NCBI GenBank assembly: GCA_046349295.1 | Contig: JAXMCP010000035.1 | Location: 5,753 to 69,752, forward strand | DNA length: 64,000 nt | DNA from: Reyranellaceae bacterium | Lineage (GTDB): Bacteria > Pseudomonadota > Alphaproteobacteria > Reyranellales > Reyranellaceae | Direction: 5' to 3' | In this document: one piece after another, positions 11,487-21,694 of the stretch | How positions within the stretch are numbered: position 1 is the first letter of the stretch | Layout of the letters: every line of letters starts with the position of its first letter | The notes under the pieces: generated by a model | The model's database searches: none | The model's input: only the letters and a program-made list of their open reading frames with translations | Told to the model about the DNA's origin: nothing | Program-made: the position numbers and the translations under genes

Positions 11487-12419
11487 ATGGTTCGCTCCCT
11501 TTGGCCAGTTGGCGACCGCACCGAGGATCTGACCCCGCTCGTCGTAGAGGCGCTCGGCAAGCGCATTGAAGATCCGGCCGCCGCGCGCCTTGCGAAGGCG
11601 ATCGGCAAGCAGCCTTTCGCGAACGCAACCCCCGGCGGGCGGTGCGACCTCGGCGACCGTAAGCGACTGGGGATAGAGGTCGTCGCCGACATTGCGCTCC
11701 ACAACCGCAACTGCTGGCCGCCGCGCAAGGAGGGGCGCAAGTGGGTGACCTGGGTGACGACCGTGTTCCTCTACCCCAACTATGCCGGCAGCCTGCCCCA
11801 TGGCTTCGACTGGCACATGGACGACGCGACGTTGCGCGCGAAAGCCGAGCGATGCGAGGTGACCGGGCTGGGTCCGCTCCGGTTCGTCCTGCCGTCGCCG
11901 TGGCCCGGCCTGATCACGACAACCACGCTCGGCGACGATGGCCGGCCGCGGCAGTTGTATCTGGCGGTGATGGAGGAGTGGGAATACGCGACCAGCTCCC
12001 CCGACAGCGGGCCGGAGAATTGCGTCGAGGATGCCTTCCTTGCCACCTGGTGTGCCCTGAACGGCGTGCTGCGCGACCAGCGCGTCTCGCCCGCGGCGCT
12101 GTCGGCCGTCGAGCGGCGCGAGATCACGCCCTTCGCCTTCTACGCGACGGCCCTGGACGGGCTGCTGTGGAGCGGCGACGTGAAGCCGGAGCTCCAGGAT
12201 TTCTGCAAGGCCTACACGCGATCGGCGGACGAGAGCGAGGGGAGCGCGATGCACGACGCCCAGGACGTGTTCGGCGGGCGCAATCACTTCCGCCTCGAAG
12301 GCGAGGCCAGGACGCCGGATGATTGGCCGAGCTACGACAGGATCGCGCCGCTCTTCACCCGACGGTTGGACGAGTGGCGGCGCGGCACGACGTGGCCGCG
12401 CGCGGGCACCGCAGGTTGA
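11487..12419 (+). CDS. Hypothetical protein, possible immunity-like C-terminal domain
   Basis: GAGG upstream of ATG 11487; globular aromatic-rich composition; C-terminal FLATWCALNG...DDWPSYDRIAPLFTRRLDEW. Confidence 0.6.
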   Translation: MVRSLWPVGDRTEDLTPLVVEALGKRIEDPAAARLAKAIGKQPFANATPGGRCDLGDRKRLGIEVVADIALHNRNCWPPRKEGRKWVTWVTTVFLYPNYAGSLPHGFDWHMDDATLRAKAERCEVTGLGPLRFVLPSPWPGLITTTTLGDDGRPRQLYLAVMEEWEYATSSPDSGPENCVEDAFLATWCALNGVLRDQRVSPAALSAVERREITPFAFYATALDGLLWSGDVKPELQDFCKAYTRSADESEGSAMHDAQDVFGGRNHFRLEGEARTPDDWPSYDRIAPLFTRRLDEWRRGTTWPRAGTAG

Positions 12420-12540
12420 TCGAACAGTGATCATTGGCGGTCACCGCACCACTGCCGTTCACGGTTGATCGTGATTCCCGTCGGATTGCTGGCCAGGCCG
12501 ACATCTCCGCCTGCACGGTTGGCTCCGCAATCTCCGACCG

Positions 12541-13803
12541 ATGAACTCGATGCCAGCTGACGGTCGTCTCTTCTACGGCTGGCGGGTCGTCGCCGTCTGC
12601 TTCGTCGTCGCGTCGTTCGCCTGGGGACTCGGCCTGTTCGGGTCCAGCGTCTATCTGCAGGCGGTCACCGCGGCGCACGGCTGGGCCGTGGCGGAGGTCG
12701 CGTCGGCGATCACGCTGTTCTTCCTGGTGAGTGCCGCCGCGCAGCGCCTCGTCGGCCGCAGCATCGACCGCTGGGGGCCGCGGCCGGTGCTGGCAATCGG
12801 CACGCTGTGCATTTCCAGCGGCGTGGCGCTGATCGGCCAGGTGCGCGTGCCCTGGCAGCTCTATCCCTGCTTCGTGCTGGTCGGGATCGGCTGGTCGACG
12901 CTGTCGACGACCGGCCTCGCCGCGACGGTGGCGCCGTGGTTCGAGCGCCACCAAGGCCGCTCGATCACCCTCGCCATCATGGGCGCCAGCGTCGGCGCGA
13001 TCGCGGGCGTGCCGCTGCTGTTGCTCGCCCTCGACCGGCTCGGCCTCGGCGCCGGACTGGCGGCGGCGGGGCTTGTGGCCGCCTTCGCGCTGCTGCCGCC
13101 GATAGTCCGGGTGCTGCGCTTCCGTGGGCCGGCAGACCTCGGCCTGCGGCGCGACGGAGATGCGGCGCCGCCGGATGACAAGAGATCGCCCGCCACGCGC
13201 TCGACGGCCGCGCCAGCCAGCAGGCGCGGCCTGCTGTGGAGCGCAGCCGCGGGCTTCGCGCTCGGCCTCACGGTTCAGATCGGCTTCATCACCCATCACC
13301 TGGCGCTGGCCGCGCCGACACTGGGCGCCGACGGCGCCGGCCTGTTGGTCAGCGCAACGGGCATGACGGCCTTCGCCGGGCGCCTCGTGCTGGCGCGCAT
13401 TGTCGATCGGGTCGATCCGCGCCGGCTGGCCGCCGTCATCATGGTGTTGCAGTCGGCGGCGCTGGCCGCCATCGCACTCTTCCCTTCCACCACGGTGCTG
13501 ATCGCCGCCAGCCTCGTCTACGGTTACGGCATCGGCCATGTCACGACGCTGGGCCCCGTCGTCGTCCGCCGGGAGTTCGGCGCTGCCGCCTTCGGCGCCA
13601 CCTACGGCAGTGCCGCCACCGTGATCCAGTTCGTCTCGGCGCTGGGGCCGGCGCTGTTCGGCGTCCTGCGCGATGCGTTCGCCGGCTATACGCCTGTCCT
13701 CGGCGCGGCGGCGCTCGGCACGCTGCTCGGCACCGTCATCCTGATCCTGGGCTGGCGAACGACGCTCAGGCCAGGAGACGAACTGCGCCGCCCCGAGACT
13801 TGA
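12541..13803 (+). CDS. MFS transporter
   Basis: FYGWRVV start, GRSIDRWGPR motif A, about 12 hydrophobic segments. Confidence 0.9.
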   Translation: MNSMPADGRLFYGWRVVAVCFVVASFAWGLGLFGSSVYLQAVTAAHGWAVAEVASAITLFFLVSAAAQRLVGRSIDRWGPRPVLAIGTLCISSGVALIGQVRVPWQLYPCFVLVGIGWSTLSTTGLAATVAPWFERHQGRSITLAIMGASVGAIAGVPLLLLALDRLGLGAGLAAAGLVAAFALLPPIVRVLRFRGPADLGLRRDGDAAPPDDKRSPATRSTAAPASRRGLLWSAAAGFALGLTVQIGFITHHLALAAPTLGADGAGLLVSATGMTAFAGRLVLARIVDRVDPRRLAAVIMVLQSAALAAIALFPSTTVLIAASLVYGYGIGHVTTLGPVVVRREFGAAAFGATYGSAATVIQFVSALGPALFGVLRDAFAGYTPVLGAAALGTLLGTVILILGWRTTLRPGDELRRPET

Positions 13804-13996
13804 TCAGCCTGGCCGCTTCATGATCGCCGGGAGCGCAATGGCAACGCGATCGGCGTTGGCAAGCGCGTCTTGGCCGAGCTGGGCTCTGCCTCGGATCGGC
13901 GCCCCGGGTCGCGCGGACGAGGACTTGGCATCGGCGATGACCTTCACTTGCGGCCGGCCCGGCCTCGCGCCGTGATCGCATTCATGTCGTCGATCG

Positions 13997-14971
13997 TCAC
14001 TCCGGCTCGATTCCCGCCGCCTTGGCGATCTCGTTCCAGGTCTGCAGCTCGCGCGAAACGCGCTTGGCGAACTCGGCCGGCGGCTCGCCGCCCGGCTCGC
14101 TCGCAAGATCGCGGATCTTGGCCTTGACCTCGGGCTCGGCGAGGACGGCCACGACATCGTCGCGCAGGCGCTCGGTCAGCGCCGGCGGCATGCCGCGCGG
14201 GCCGAACAGGGAGAACCAGGCCGACTGGTCGACACCTGGTGCGCCGATCTCGGCCATGGTCGGAATTTCGGGCAGCTCGGCGAGCCGCTTGCTGATGCTC
14301 ACTGCCAGCATGCGCAGCGTGCCGGCGCGGTGGTGCGACATCACGGTGAGCGGGCTGGTGAAGCCGATCGGGATATGGCCGCCGGCCAGCTCCTGCATCA
14401 TCGGCGCGGCGCCCTTGTAGGCGACGTTCTCGATCTTGAGCCCGCTGCGCAGGCGGAACAGCTCACCGATCAGGCGCGTCGTGTTCTCGGTGCTGCCGAA
14501 CTGGTACTTGCCGGGGTTGGCGCGCGCGGCCGTCATGAACTTTTCCGGCGTGTCGAAGCCGGCCTTGGGCGACCCGACCAGGGCGATCGCACCCAGAACC
14601 AGGGGCGTCACCGGGGTGAAGTCGCGCTCGGTGTCGTAGGGCAGGGTCTTGGTGGTGAAGGGGTTGATGGTGTGGGCGCTGGTCATGATGAGCAGCGTGT
14701 AACCATCGGCCGGCGCCTTGGCGACGATGTCGCTGCCGAGGATGCCGCTCGCCCCACCCTTGTTGTCGATGATGACGGTCTGCTTCCAGCGTTCGGCCAG
14801 TCGCGGGACGAGCAGCCGCGCCACCAGGTCGGTGCCTCCGCCCGCCGGGTACGGCACGACCACCTTCACCTGCTTGTTGGGATAATCCTGCGCCCGCACG
14901 ACGGCCGGCGCGGTCACCAGGGCCAGTGCTCCGGTCGCAAATCCGCGCCGGTTCAGTCTCATCACCTTCAT
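13997..14971 (-). CDS. Bug/TctC-family tripartite tricarboxylate transporter substrate-binding protein
   Basis: Signal MKVMRLNRRGF...AQDYPNK; VVPYPAGGGTDLVAR, APADGYTLL, YKGAAP, AKAAGIEPE. Confidence 0.92.
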   Translation of the reverse strand: MKVMRLNRRGFATGALALVTAPAVVRAQDYPNKQVKVVVPYPAGGGTDLVARLLVPRLAERWKQTVIIDNKGGASGILGSDIVAKAPADGYTLLIMTSAHTINPFTTKTLPYDTERDFTPVTPLVLGAIALVGSPKAGFDTPEKFMTAARANPGKYQFGSTENTTRLIGELFRLRSGLKIENVAYKGAAPMMQELAGGHIPIGFTSPLTVMSHHRAGTLRMLAVSISKRLAELPEIPTMAEIGAPGVDQSAWFSLFGPRGMPPALTERLRDDVVAVLAEPEVKAKIRDLASEPGGEPPAEFAKRVSRELQTWNEIAKAAGIEPE

Positions 14972-15000
14972 TGTCGCGTCCTCCCGGTCCTTCTCTTCAG

Positions 15001-16374
15001 CTAGGCCGTGGCGCGCTCCTCGCGGACCCGCCAGAGAAGGCAGAAGCCTAGCACCAGGAAGAACAGCACGCAGGCCACGCCCAGCCGGTTGGATCCCGTC
15101 GCCGTGGTGATGATGCCGATGGCGAGCGGTGCCATCCAGGCGGTGGCGCGGCCCGACAGGGCGAACAGGCCGAAGAACTCGCCGCTCATGCTCTCGGGTG
15201 CCAGCCGGCCGACCAGAGTGCGGCTGGCCGCCTGCATCGGCCCCATGCAGAAGCCGAGCAGCAGGCCGAAAGCCATGAACACCTTTTCCTGGAGCGAGCC
15301 GAACAGCGGCCGGGTCGGCACCAGCTCGGGCGCCGGCACGACGAACAGCACGCGATCGGCGCTGACGCCGACGATGCCCAATGTCGCGATGATGACGCCC
15401 AGGATGGCGAACTGAACCGTGCGCTTGCTGCCGAAGCGATCGTCGAGCTTGCCGCCGAGGAAGGCGCCCGGGATGGCGAACACGGTGAGGATGATGCCGA
15501 ACACGCCGAGGGTCACGGTGCTCCAGCTGAAGGTCGCGGCGGCATAGACGCCGCCGAACGCAATGATGGCCGCGAGCCCGTCGTTGTAGAGCATGAAGGC
15601 GATCAGATAGAGCAAGGCGTTCTTGAAGTGCCCGAGCCGCCGCACGGTGTGAATCAGCGCGAGCCCGCCGTTCTTGGCCGCCCCGAGCAACGATACGTCC
15701 CGCTTCGCCCTGTCGGGCGTGAACAGGAACATCGGGATCACGAACACCGCGAGCCACAGCGCCGAGGCGGGCCCGACCAGGCGCTCGAGCTCGTGCGTCT
15801 TGCCGTCGAGCCCGAACAGCGGCTGGTCGTTGCTGTGCGCCAGCCCGAACATCGACGGCATGCTGACCATCAACACGGCGAACAGCGAGACCAGGCCGCC
15901 GCAATAGCCCAGGCCCCAGCCGAAGCCGCTCAGCCAGCCCATGCGCTCGGGCCGCACGATGTTGGGCAGCTGCGCATTGTTGAAGACGATCGACATCTCG
16001 GCGCCGATGGTGGCCATGACGACCGCCCAGCTGATCGGCCCCACCAGGTCGGGCCGGCCGGGATAGGCCCACCACAAGGCGGCGCAGCCCAGCCCGAGCA
16101 GGAGCTGGAAGGTGAAGATGTAAGGTTTGCGCCGGCCGCCGGCATCCGCCATGGCGCCGAGGAAGGGACTCATCAGGGCGATCAGCACGCCCGAGGTGGA
16201 TTGCGTGAAGGCCCACTCCGCCTGGCCCTTCACCGGATCGCCGACCATCACGTTGGCGAAATAGGGCGCGAAGATGAAGGTGGTGACGATGGTGAAGAAG
16301 GGCTGGTTGGCCCAGTCGAACAGCGCCCAGCTGAGCTGGCCGAGCTTCGAGGCTTCGCGGGGAGGAGAGGTCAC
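15001..16374 (-). CDS. MFS transporter (UMF1/Atg22-like family)
   Basis: SWALFDWANQPF, GWGLGYCGG, QAASRT, EFFGLFALSGR motifs; start uncertain (GTG 16374). Confidence 0.88.
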   Translation of the reverse strand: MTSPPREASKLGQLSWALFDWANQPFFTIVTTFIFAPYFANVMVGDPVKGQAEWAFTQSTSGVLIALMSPFLGAMADAGGRRKPYIFTFQLLLGLGCAALWWAYPGRPDLVGPISWAVVMATIGAEMSIVFNNAQLPNIVRPERMGWLSGFGWGLGYCGGLVSLFAVLMVSMPSMFGLAHSNDQPLFGLDGKTHELERLVGPASALWLAVFVIPMFLFTPDRAKRDVSLLGAAKNGGLALIHTVRRLGHFKNALLYLIAFMLYNDGLAAIIAFGGVYAAATFSWSTVTLGVFGIILTVFAIPGAFLGGKLDDRFGSKRTVQFAILGVIIATLGIVGVSADRVLFVVPAPELVPTRPLFGSLQEKVFMAFGLLLGFCMGPMQAASRTLVGRLAPESMSGEFFGLFALSGRATAWMAPLAIGIITTATGSNRLGVACVLFFLVLGFCLLWRVREERATA

Positions 16375-16384
16375 GGACTGGCGC

Positions 16385-16777
16385 TCACACAAGCTCGACT
16401 GGAACAAATTTGCGGGCTGAGAGGGCGAGTCGCCGGTCGTGAGTCAGCAACGTGGCTTCGAGCACCTCCGCGAGGGCGACATAGACCGCATCGTAGACGG
16501 TCATGTTGTCACGCATTGTCCAGACGCGCGGCAGCAAGAATCCATGAGCGTGGCGCCATAGCGGAAGCGCTTGCAAGTCTTCCAACGCCGCCTGTGCCCG
16601 TTCCGGGCCGATATCCCGCGCCATGACAAATCGCCGAAGCACCTGCGCAATCTCGATATCGAGCAAGTGAGGGACATGCAGCGACTCGGACGGATCGAGC
16701 AACCGATTTTCAACTGACGTACCGAGAGGTGTGCGCAAGAGAGCCTCGAGCAGGGCCGAGGCGTCGACGACAATCAC
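16385..16777 (-). CDS. vapC: VapC-family PIN-domain toxin
   Basis: MIVVDASAL, HVPHLLDIEI, YDAVYVALAE, LLTHDRRL. Confidence 0.92.
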   Translation of the reverse strand: MIVVDASALLEALLRTPLGTSVENRLLDPSESLHVPHLLDIEIAQVLRRFVMARDIGPERAQAALEDLQALPLWRHAHGFLLPRVWTMRDNMTVYDAVYVALAEVLEATLLTHDRRLALSARKFVPVELV

Positions 16778-17004
16778 CGGCTGTCGCGTTCGGCGCGCAC
16801 GGCCTCAGCCGTGTCGATGGATAGCGTGACAGCGGATCGGCGTGCCAAACGGGCTCGCATCTCCTCGAGTGTCGGTCGCTCTGCAACCTCGCGGATCTGC
16901 TGAAGCAGATAGTCCGACAACGACATGCCGGCGAGCGCCGCTCGCGACTTGAGACGACGATGCAGCGCATCCGGCACATTACGGATCTGGATCATTGCCG
17001 ACAT
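16774..17004 (-). CDS. vapB: FitA-like ribbon-helix-helix antitoxin
   Basis: IQIRNVPDALHRRLKSRAALAGMSLSDYL; 4-bp overlap with the PIN toxin. Confidence 0.88.
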   Translation of the reverse strand: MSAMIQIRNVPDALHRRLKSRAALAGMSLSDYLLQQIREVAERPTLEEMRARLARRSAVTLSIDTAEAVRAERDSR

Positions 17005-17010
17005 GCGATA

Positions 17011-17039
17011 TTGATAGTTTCATGTGCATCACATGTCAA
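17011..17039 (-). promoter_or_regulatory. Sigma70-type promoter of vapBC with operator palindrome
   Basis: Minus strand TTGACA (17039-17034)-17 bp-TATCAA (17016-17011); palindrome CATGTG-N3-CACATG at 17021-17035; ATG 7 nt after the -10. Confidence 0.7.
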
Positions 17040-17485
17040 TGTCGGGTCTTGGCGACCCGGCGCTGCAATTGCCAGATCGCGTCTCGATTTGTCGGCGAAA
17101 AGACCTTGGCCATCGCCTCCTGCCAGGGCAGCCAGAGCTGTGCCGTGTGCTCGGCCGGATCGAGGGTGGCGACGGTGGCGCTGTCGACCAGGAAGCCGAA
17201 GACGTGCTCGGTGTTGTGGGTCACCTCGGGCGCGTAGCGGGCGCGCCATTGCGGCCAGATCTCGTAGCGGTTGACGAGCCGCCAGTCGGTCAGCGTGCCC
17301 TGGGTGAGGCCGGTCTCCTCCAGGAGCTCGCGCTCGGCGGTGGCGCGCAGGTCGGGATCGTCCGGCTCGCGCGATCCGGTCACCGATTGCCAGAAGCCGG
17401 GCTGGGCGGCGCGCTCCAGCAGCAGCACGTCGAGCCGTGCCGTATGGACCACCACCAGGACCGATTCAGGGATCTTGAAGGCCAT
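17036..17485 (-). CDS. nudB: Dihydroneopterin triphosphate diphosphatase (Nudix)
   Basis: FKIPESVLVV, FWQSVTGS, AERELLEETG Nudix box, RYAPEVTHNTEHVF. Confidence 0.88.
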   Translation of the reverse strand: MAFKIPESVLVVVHTARLDVLLLERAAQPGFWQSVTGSREPDDPDLRATAERELLEETGLTQGTLTDWRLVNRYEIWPQWRARYAPEVTHNTEHVFGFLVDSATVATLDPAEHTAQLWLPWQEAMAKVFSPTNRDAIWQLQRRVAKTRH

Positions 17486-17573
17486 GGCGGCAGCATAGCC
17501 GGAACATTGACTCCCCGCCCTCCGCCGCTATGGTCCGCCGGCATTTTGCGGATGAATACATCTCAGATTCGGA

Positions 17574-17666
17574 CCCCTCTCCCCTGCTAGGGGGAGAGGT
17601 TGGGTGAGGGGGGGATACACACTGCGCTGCCCCCTCGCCCAGCCTCTCCCACTCGCGGGGGAGAGG
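17574..17666. repeat. Composite palindromic intergenic element (RIME/CIR-like, CCTCTCCCC...GGGGAGAGG family)
   Basis: Two inverted arms, each with an internal hairpin; related single hairpins near 19743, 21661, 46586 and 58838. Confidence 0.75.
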
Positions 17667-17688
17667 AACATGAGTATGCGAGGGAGCG

Positions 17689-18528
<840 letters not shown>

Positions 18529-18542
18529 CGCTCATGCTCATC

Positions 18543-18600
18543 GGACTGCGGGCGTCTCGCCCGCTCATGAATTCGCGAGCGGGCGAGACGCCCGCGGTCC
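18543..18600. terminator. 24-bp GC-rich hairpin (REP-like) between convergent genes
   Basis: ggactgcgggcgtctcgcccgctc pairs with gagcgggcgagacgcccgcggtcc; a related arm lies at 51801-51824. Confidence 0.7.
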
Positions 18601-18607
18601 GGAAGGC

Positions 18608-19075
18608 TCACGCCCGATGGCGCTCCCATTCCGGTCGCGTCTTGATGTGGGCCTGTTCCTTGGCCATGAGCTTGGCCACCCGCTCGGGCGCGAAGCCGAT
18701 CTCGACCAGGCCGTGATGGGCGTTGGCCACCTCGCGGTACTCGGCGATCTTGCCGTCGCGCAGGGTCATGATCGACACGCCGTCGAAGCCGACGCGCTTG
18801 CCCTGGGCCTCCGGGAGGGTCGAGACATAACTGAACGTGTAGTAGGCATAGAGCGTCTTGCCGTCGGTGACCGGCCGAAACATCTGCCAGCGGAAGTCGC
18901 GGGCGGTGCGGTAGAACCAGTCGTCGATCAATTCGGCGATCTTCGCGTGCCCCTTGAAGGCGCCGTAGAACACGTCGTGATAGACGCCATCCTCGGTGAA
19001 CAGCGTGGCCAGGGCCTTGCCGTCGTGCCGTTCGACGGCGGAGCAGAATTCCTTCAACAGTGCGGCCGTATCCAT
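18608..19075 (-). CDS. NTF2/SnoaL-like protein
   Basis: LATLFTEDGVYHDVFYG, DGVSIMTLRDGKIAEYRE. Confidence 0.85.
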   Translation of the reverse strand: MDTAALLKEFCSAVERHDGKALATLFTEDGVYHDVFYGAFKGHAKIAELIDDWFYRTARDFRWQMFRPVTDGKTLYAYYTFSYVSTLPEAQGKRVGFDGVSIMTLRDGKIAEYREVANAHHGLVEIGFAPERVAKLMAKEQAHIKTRPEWERHRA

Positions 19076-19169
19076 GATTGATCCTCCCGGAGTTGCCGCA
19101 ATCATGACTAAACTGGGCTTCCCGGCAAGGGAGCGCGCCTTCAGGCGATATTGGCAGGGAGACTAAGGC

Positions 19170-19721
19170 ATGAGCTTCTGGATCATCCTCGGCGTCTTGG
19201 TGCTGGTCGGCCTGTGGCTGATCTCGATCTACAACGGGCTGGTCGGCAGCCGGAACCAGGCGAAGACGGCGTGGAGCCAGATCGACGTGCAGCTGAAGCG
19301 CCGGCACGACCTCATTCCCAACCTGGTGCAGGTCGTGAAGGACGCCATGGGCTACGAGCAGGAGACGCTCACCAAGGTGGTGCAGGCGCGCAACGCCGCT
19401 GCCGCCGCGACCGGCCCGGCGCAGTCCGGTCCGGCCGAAGCCGCGCTGAGCGCGGCCACCCGCGGCCTGTTCGCCCTGGTCGAGAGCTATCCGCAGCTCA
19501 AGGCCAACGACAACGTCAAGCAGTTGCAGGAAGAGCTGACGACCACCGAGAACAAGATCGCCTTCGCGCGCCAGTTCTACAACGACTCGGTCAACACCTA
19601 TAACACGCGCATCCAGAGCTTCCCCGCGGTGGTCGCCGCGGCGTCGATGGGCTTCAGCGCGATGGACCTGTTCAACATGCCGGAAGCCGAGCGCGAGGTC
19701 CCGAAGGTGGCGTTGCGGTGA
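19170..19721 (+). CDS. lemA: LemA family protein
   Basis: N-terminal TM; YNGLV, WSQIDVQLKRRHDLIPNLV, ENKIAFARQFYN. Confidence 0.95.
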   Translation: MSFWIILGVLVLVGLWLISIYNGLVGSRNQAKTAWSQIDVQLKRRHDLIPNLVQVVKDAMGYEQETLTKVVQARNAAAAATGPAQSGPAEAALSAATRGLFALVESYPQLKANDNVKQLQEELTTTENKIAFARQFYNDSVNTYNTRIQSFPAVVAAASMGFSAMDLFNMPEAEREVPKVALR

Positions 19722-19787
19722 GCGGGCGATCGCCCCTCATATTCCTCTCCCCCGCTAGGGGGATAGGAGACATGAAATGAAATCCTG

Positions 19788-20747
19788 ATGGCCGCCACCA
19801 CCGACTTCGTCGCCGCCCAGAAGAGCAACCGGCGCAATACGCTGGTGCTGCTGGTCGCGCTCACCGGCGTCGCCGCCCTCACCGGCTACGTCGCCGGTTG
19901 GGCGCTCGAGGGCGAGATGACCGACTCGGTGCCGCTGTGGAGCAGGGCGGGCCTGCTGTTCGCGGCGCTGCTGGCGGCGGTCAGCGTGGTATGGAGCCTG
20001 ATCTCCCTGGTGATCGGCGACCGGCTGGTGCTCGGCATGGCCAACGCCAAGCCGATCACCAAGGCAGATGCGCCGCAGCTCTACAACGTGGTCGAGGAGA
20101 TGGCGCTCGCCGCCGGCCAGCCGATGCCCAGGGTGATGATCCTGGAGACCGATGCGCTGAACGCATTCGCGACGGGCAACCGGATCGGCAACGGCACCAT
20201 CGCGGTGACGCGCGGCCTGCTCGACACGCTCAATCGCGACGAGCTGCAGGGCGTGGTGGCGCACGAGATGTCCCATCTCGCCAATCTCGACACCCGCTAC
20301 ATGGTCGTGGTGGGCGTCACCGTCGGGCTGATCGCGCTGGTCTGCGACATGCTGCTGCGAACCATGGCCTGGGGCAGCTCGGGCCGGAGCAGCAGCAGCA
20401 GCAGCGACAAGAAGGGCTCGGGCGGCGGCCTGCTGATCATCCTGCTGATCGTCGTCGCAATCGTGGCGCCGCTCGCCGCCAAGGCGGTGCAGATGGCGGT
20501 GTCGCGACAGCGCGAGTATCTTGCCGACGCCACCTCGGTCCAGTTCACCCGCAATCCCAATGGCCTGATCTCCGCTCTTGGCAAGCTCGCCGAGAAGGCC
20601 GCGCCCTTTCCCGGAGTCAGTCGTGCGACGCAGCATCTCTTCATCGTCAACCCGGTGCAGACCTTCACCAAGAAGTCGTCGGCGCTGCTGGCCACCCATC
20701 CCGACACTGCGGATCGCATCGCTCGCCTGCGCAATCTGGGCAGCTGA
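19788..20747 (+). CDS. htpX: HtpX-like M48 zinc metalloprotease
   Basis: NAFATG, GVVAHEMSH, SRQREYLADA, ATHP..DRIARL; follows lemA. Confidence 0.9.
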   Translation: MAATTDFVAAQKSNRRNTLVLLVALTGVAALTGYVAGWALEGEMTDSVPLWSRAGLLFAALLAAVSVVWSLISLVIGDRLVLGMANAKPITKADAPQLYNVVEEMALAAGQPMPRVMILETDALNAFATGNRIGNGTIAVTRGLLDTLNRDELQGVVAHEMSHLANLDTRYMVVVGVTVGLIALVCDMLLRTMAWGSSGRSSSSSSDKKGSGGGLLIILLIVVAIVAPLAAKAVQMAVSRQREYLADATSVQFTRNPNGLISALGKLAEKAAPFPGVSRATQHLFIVNPVQTFTKKSSALLATHPDTADRIARLRNLGS

Positions 20748-21642
20748 TCTCGGCGCCGCCTGGGCCTTCGACCTGCAGGGCCATCGCGGCGCGCGCGGCC
20801 TCGCTCCGGAAAACACGCTGGCCGCCTTCCGGACCGGCATCGCGCTCGGCGTCACCACGCTCGAGACCGACCTCGCGGTCACCAGCGACGGCGTCCTGGT
20901 GATCAGCCACGACCCGATGCTCAATCCCGACCTGGTGCGCGGCCCCGACGGCAAATGGCTGACGACGTCCGGCCCGCCGATCCGCACGCTGAGCGCAGCC
21001 GAACTTGCGCAATACGATATCGGCCGGATCAACCCCGAGAGCCGCTACGCCAAGCAGTTCCCCGAGCAGAAGCCGGCCGACGGCGAGCGCTTCCCGACGC
21101 TCGGCCAGCTCTTTGCCCTGGGCGGTCCGGCGATGGGCTTCAACATCGAGATCAAGACCGACCCGACCAAACCCGACCTCACGCTCGATCCAGAGCACTT
21201 CGCGGCGCTGGTCGTAAAGGCCGTCCAGGAGGGCAAGGCCGGCGATCGCACGACCATCCAGTCGTTCGACTGGCGCGGCCTGCTGGCGGCGCGGCGGCTG
21301 GCGCCGGACATCGCCACGTCCTGCCTCTCGATCGAGACCAACACCATGGACACGGTTCAGCGCGCCGCCGGCCAGCCCTCGCCCTGGCTCGGCGGTCTCG
21401 ACCTGCAGGTCCATGGCGGCTCGCTGCCGCGCCTGGCCAAGGCGGCGGGCTGTGCCGTGTGGTCGCCGTTCTGGCGCAACGTGACGCCCGAGGCGGTGAA
21501 GGAGGCGCAGGGGCTGGGACTGAAGGTGATCCCGTGGACGGTGAACGATCCATCCGAGATGGCCCGGCTCATCGGCCTCGGCGTGGACGGGCTGATAACC
21601 GACTATCCCGATCGCGCCAGGACGGTGCTGAAGGCGAAGTAG
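20707..21642 (+). CDS. Glycerophosphodiester phosphodiesterase; start overlaps htpX (CTG 20707 proposed)
   Basis: AWA|FDLQGHRGARGLAPENTL, LETDL, SHDP, NIEIK, IQSFD, WTVND, GLITDYPD; start position uncertain. Confidence 0.85.
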   Translation: MRIASLACAIWAADLGAAWAFDLQGHRGARGLAPENTLAAFRTGIALGVTTLETDLAVTSDGVLVISHDPMLNPDLVRGPDGKWLTTSGPPIRTLSAAELAQYDIGRINPESRYAKQFPEQKPADGERFPTLGQLFALGGPAMGFNIEIKTDPTKPDLTLDPEHFAALVVKAVQEGKAGDRTTIQSFDWRGLLAARRLAPDIATSCLSIETNTMDTVQRAAGQPSPWLGGLDLQVHGGSLPRLAKAAGCAVWSPFWRNVTPEAVKEAQGLGLKVIPWTVNDPSEMARLIGLGVDGLITDYPDRARTVLKAK

Positions 21643-21694
21643 AGCTCTCGATACAAGACCCTCCTCCCGCAATCGGGGAGGAACAGGGGAGGTC

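Noticed and set aside
13804-13990. Short minus-strand reading VKVIADAK...LANADRVAIALPAIMKRPG
   Set aside because: May be a gene remnant, but no family was recognised and there is no clear RBS.
20388-20405. (AGC)6 in htpX, plus poly-Gln and poly-Gly tracts in yidC and the DUF2092 gene, as phase-variation loci
   Set aside because: In-frame triplet repeats in linker regions; slippage would not switch expression.
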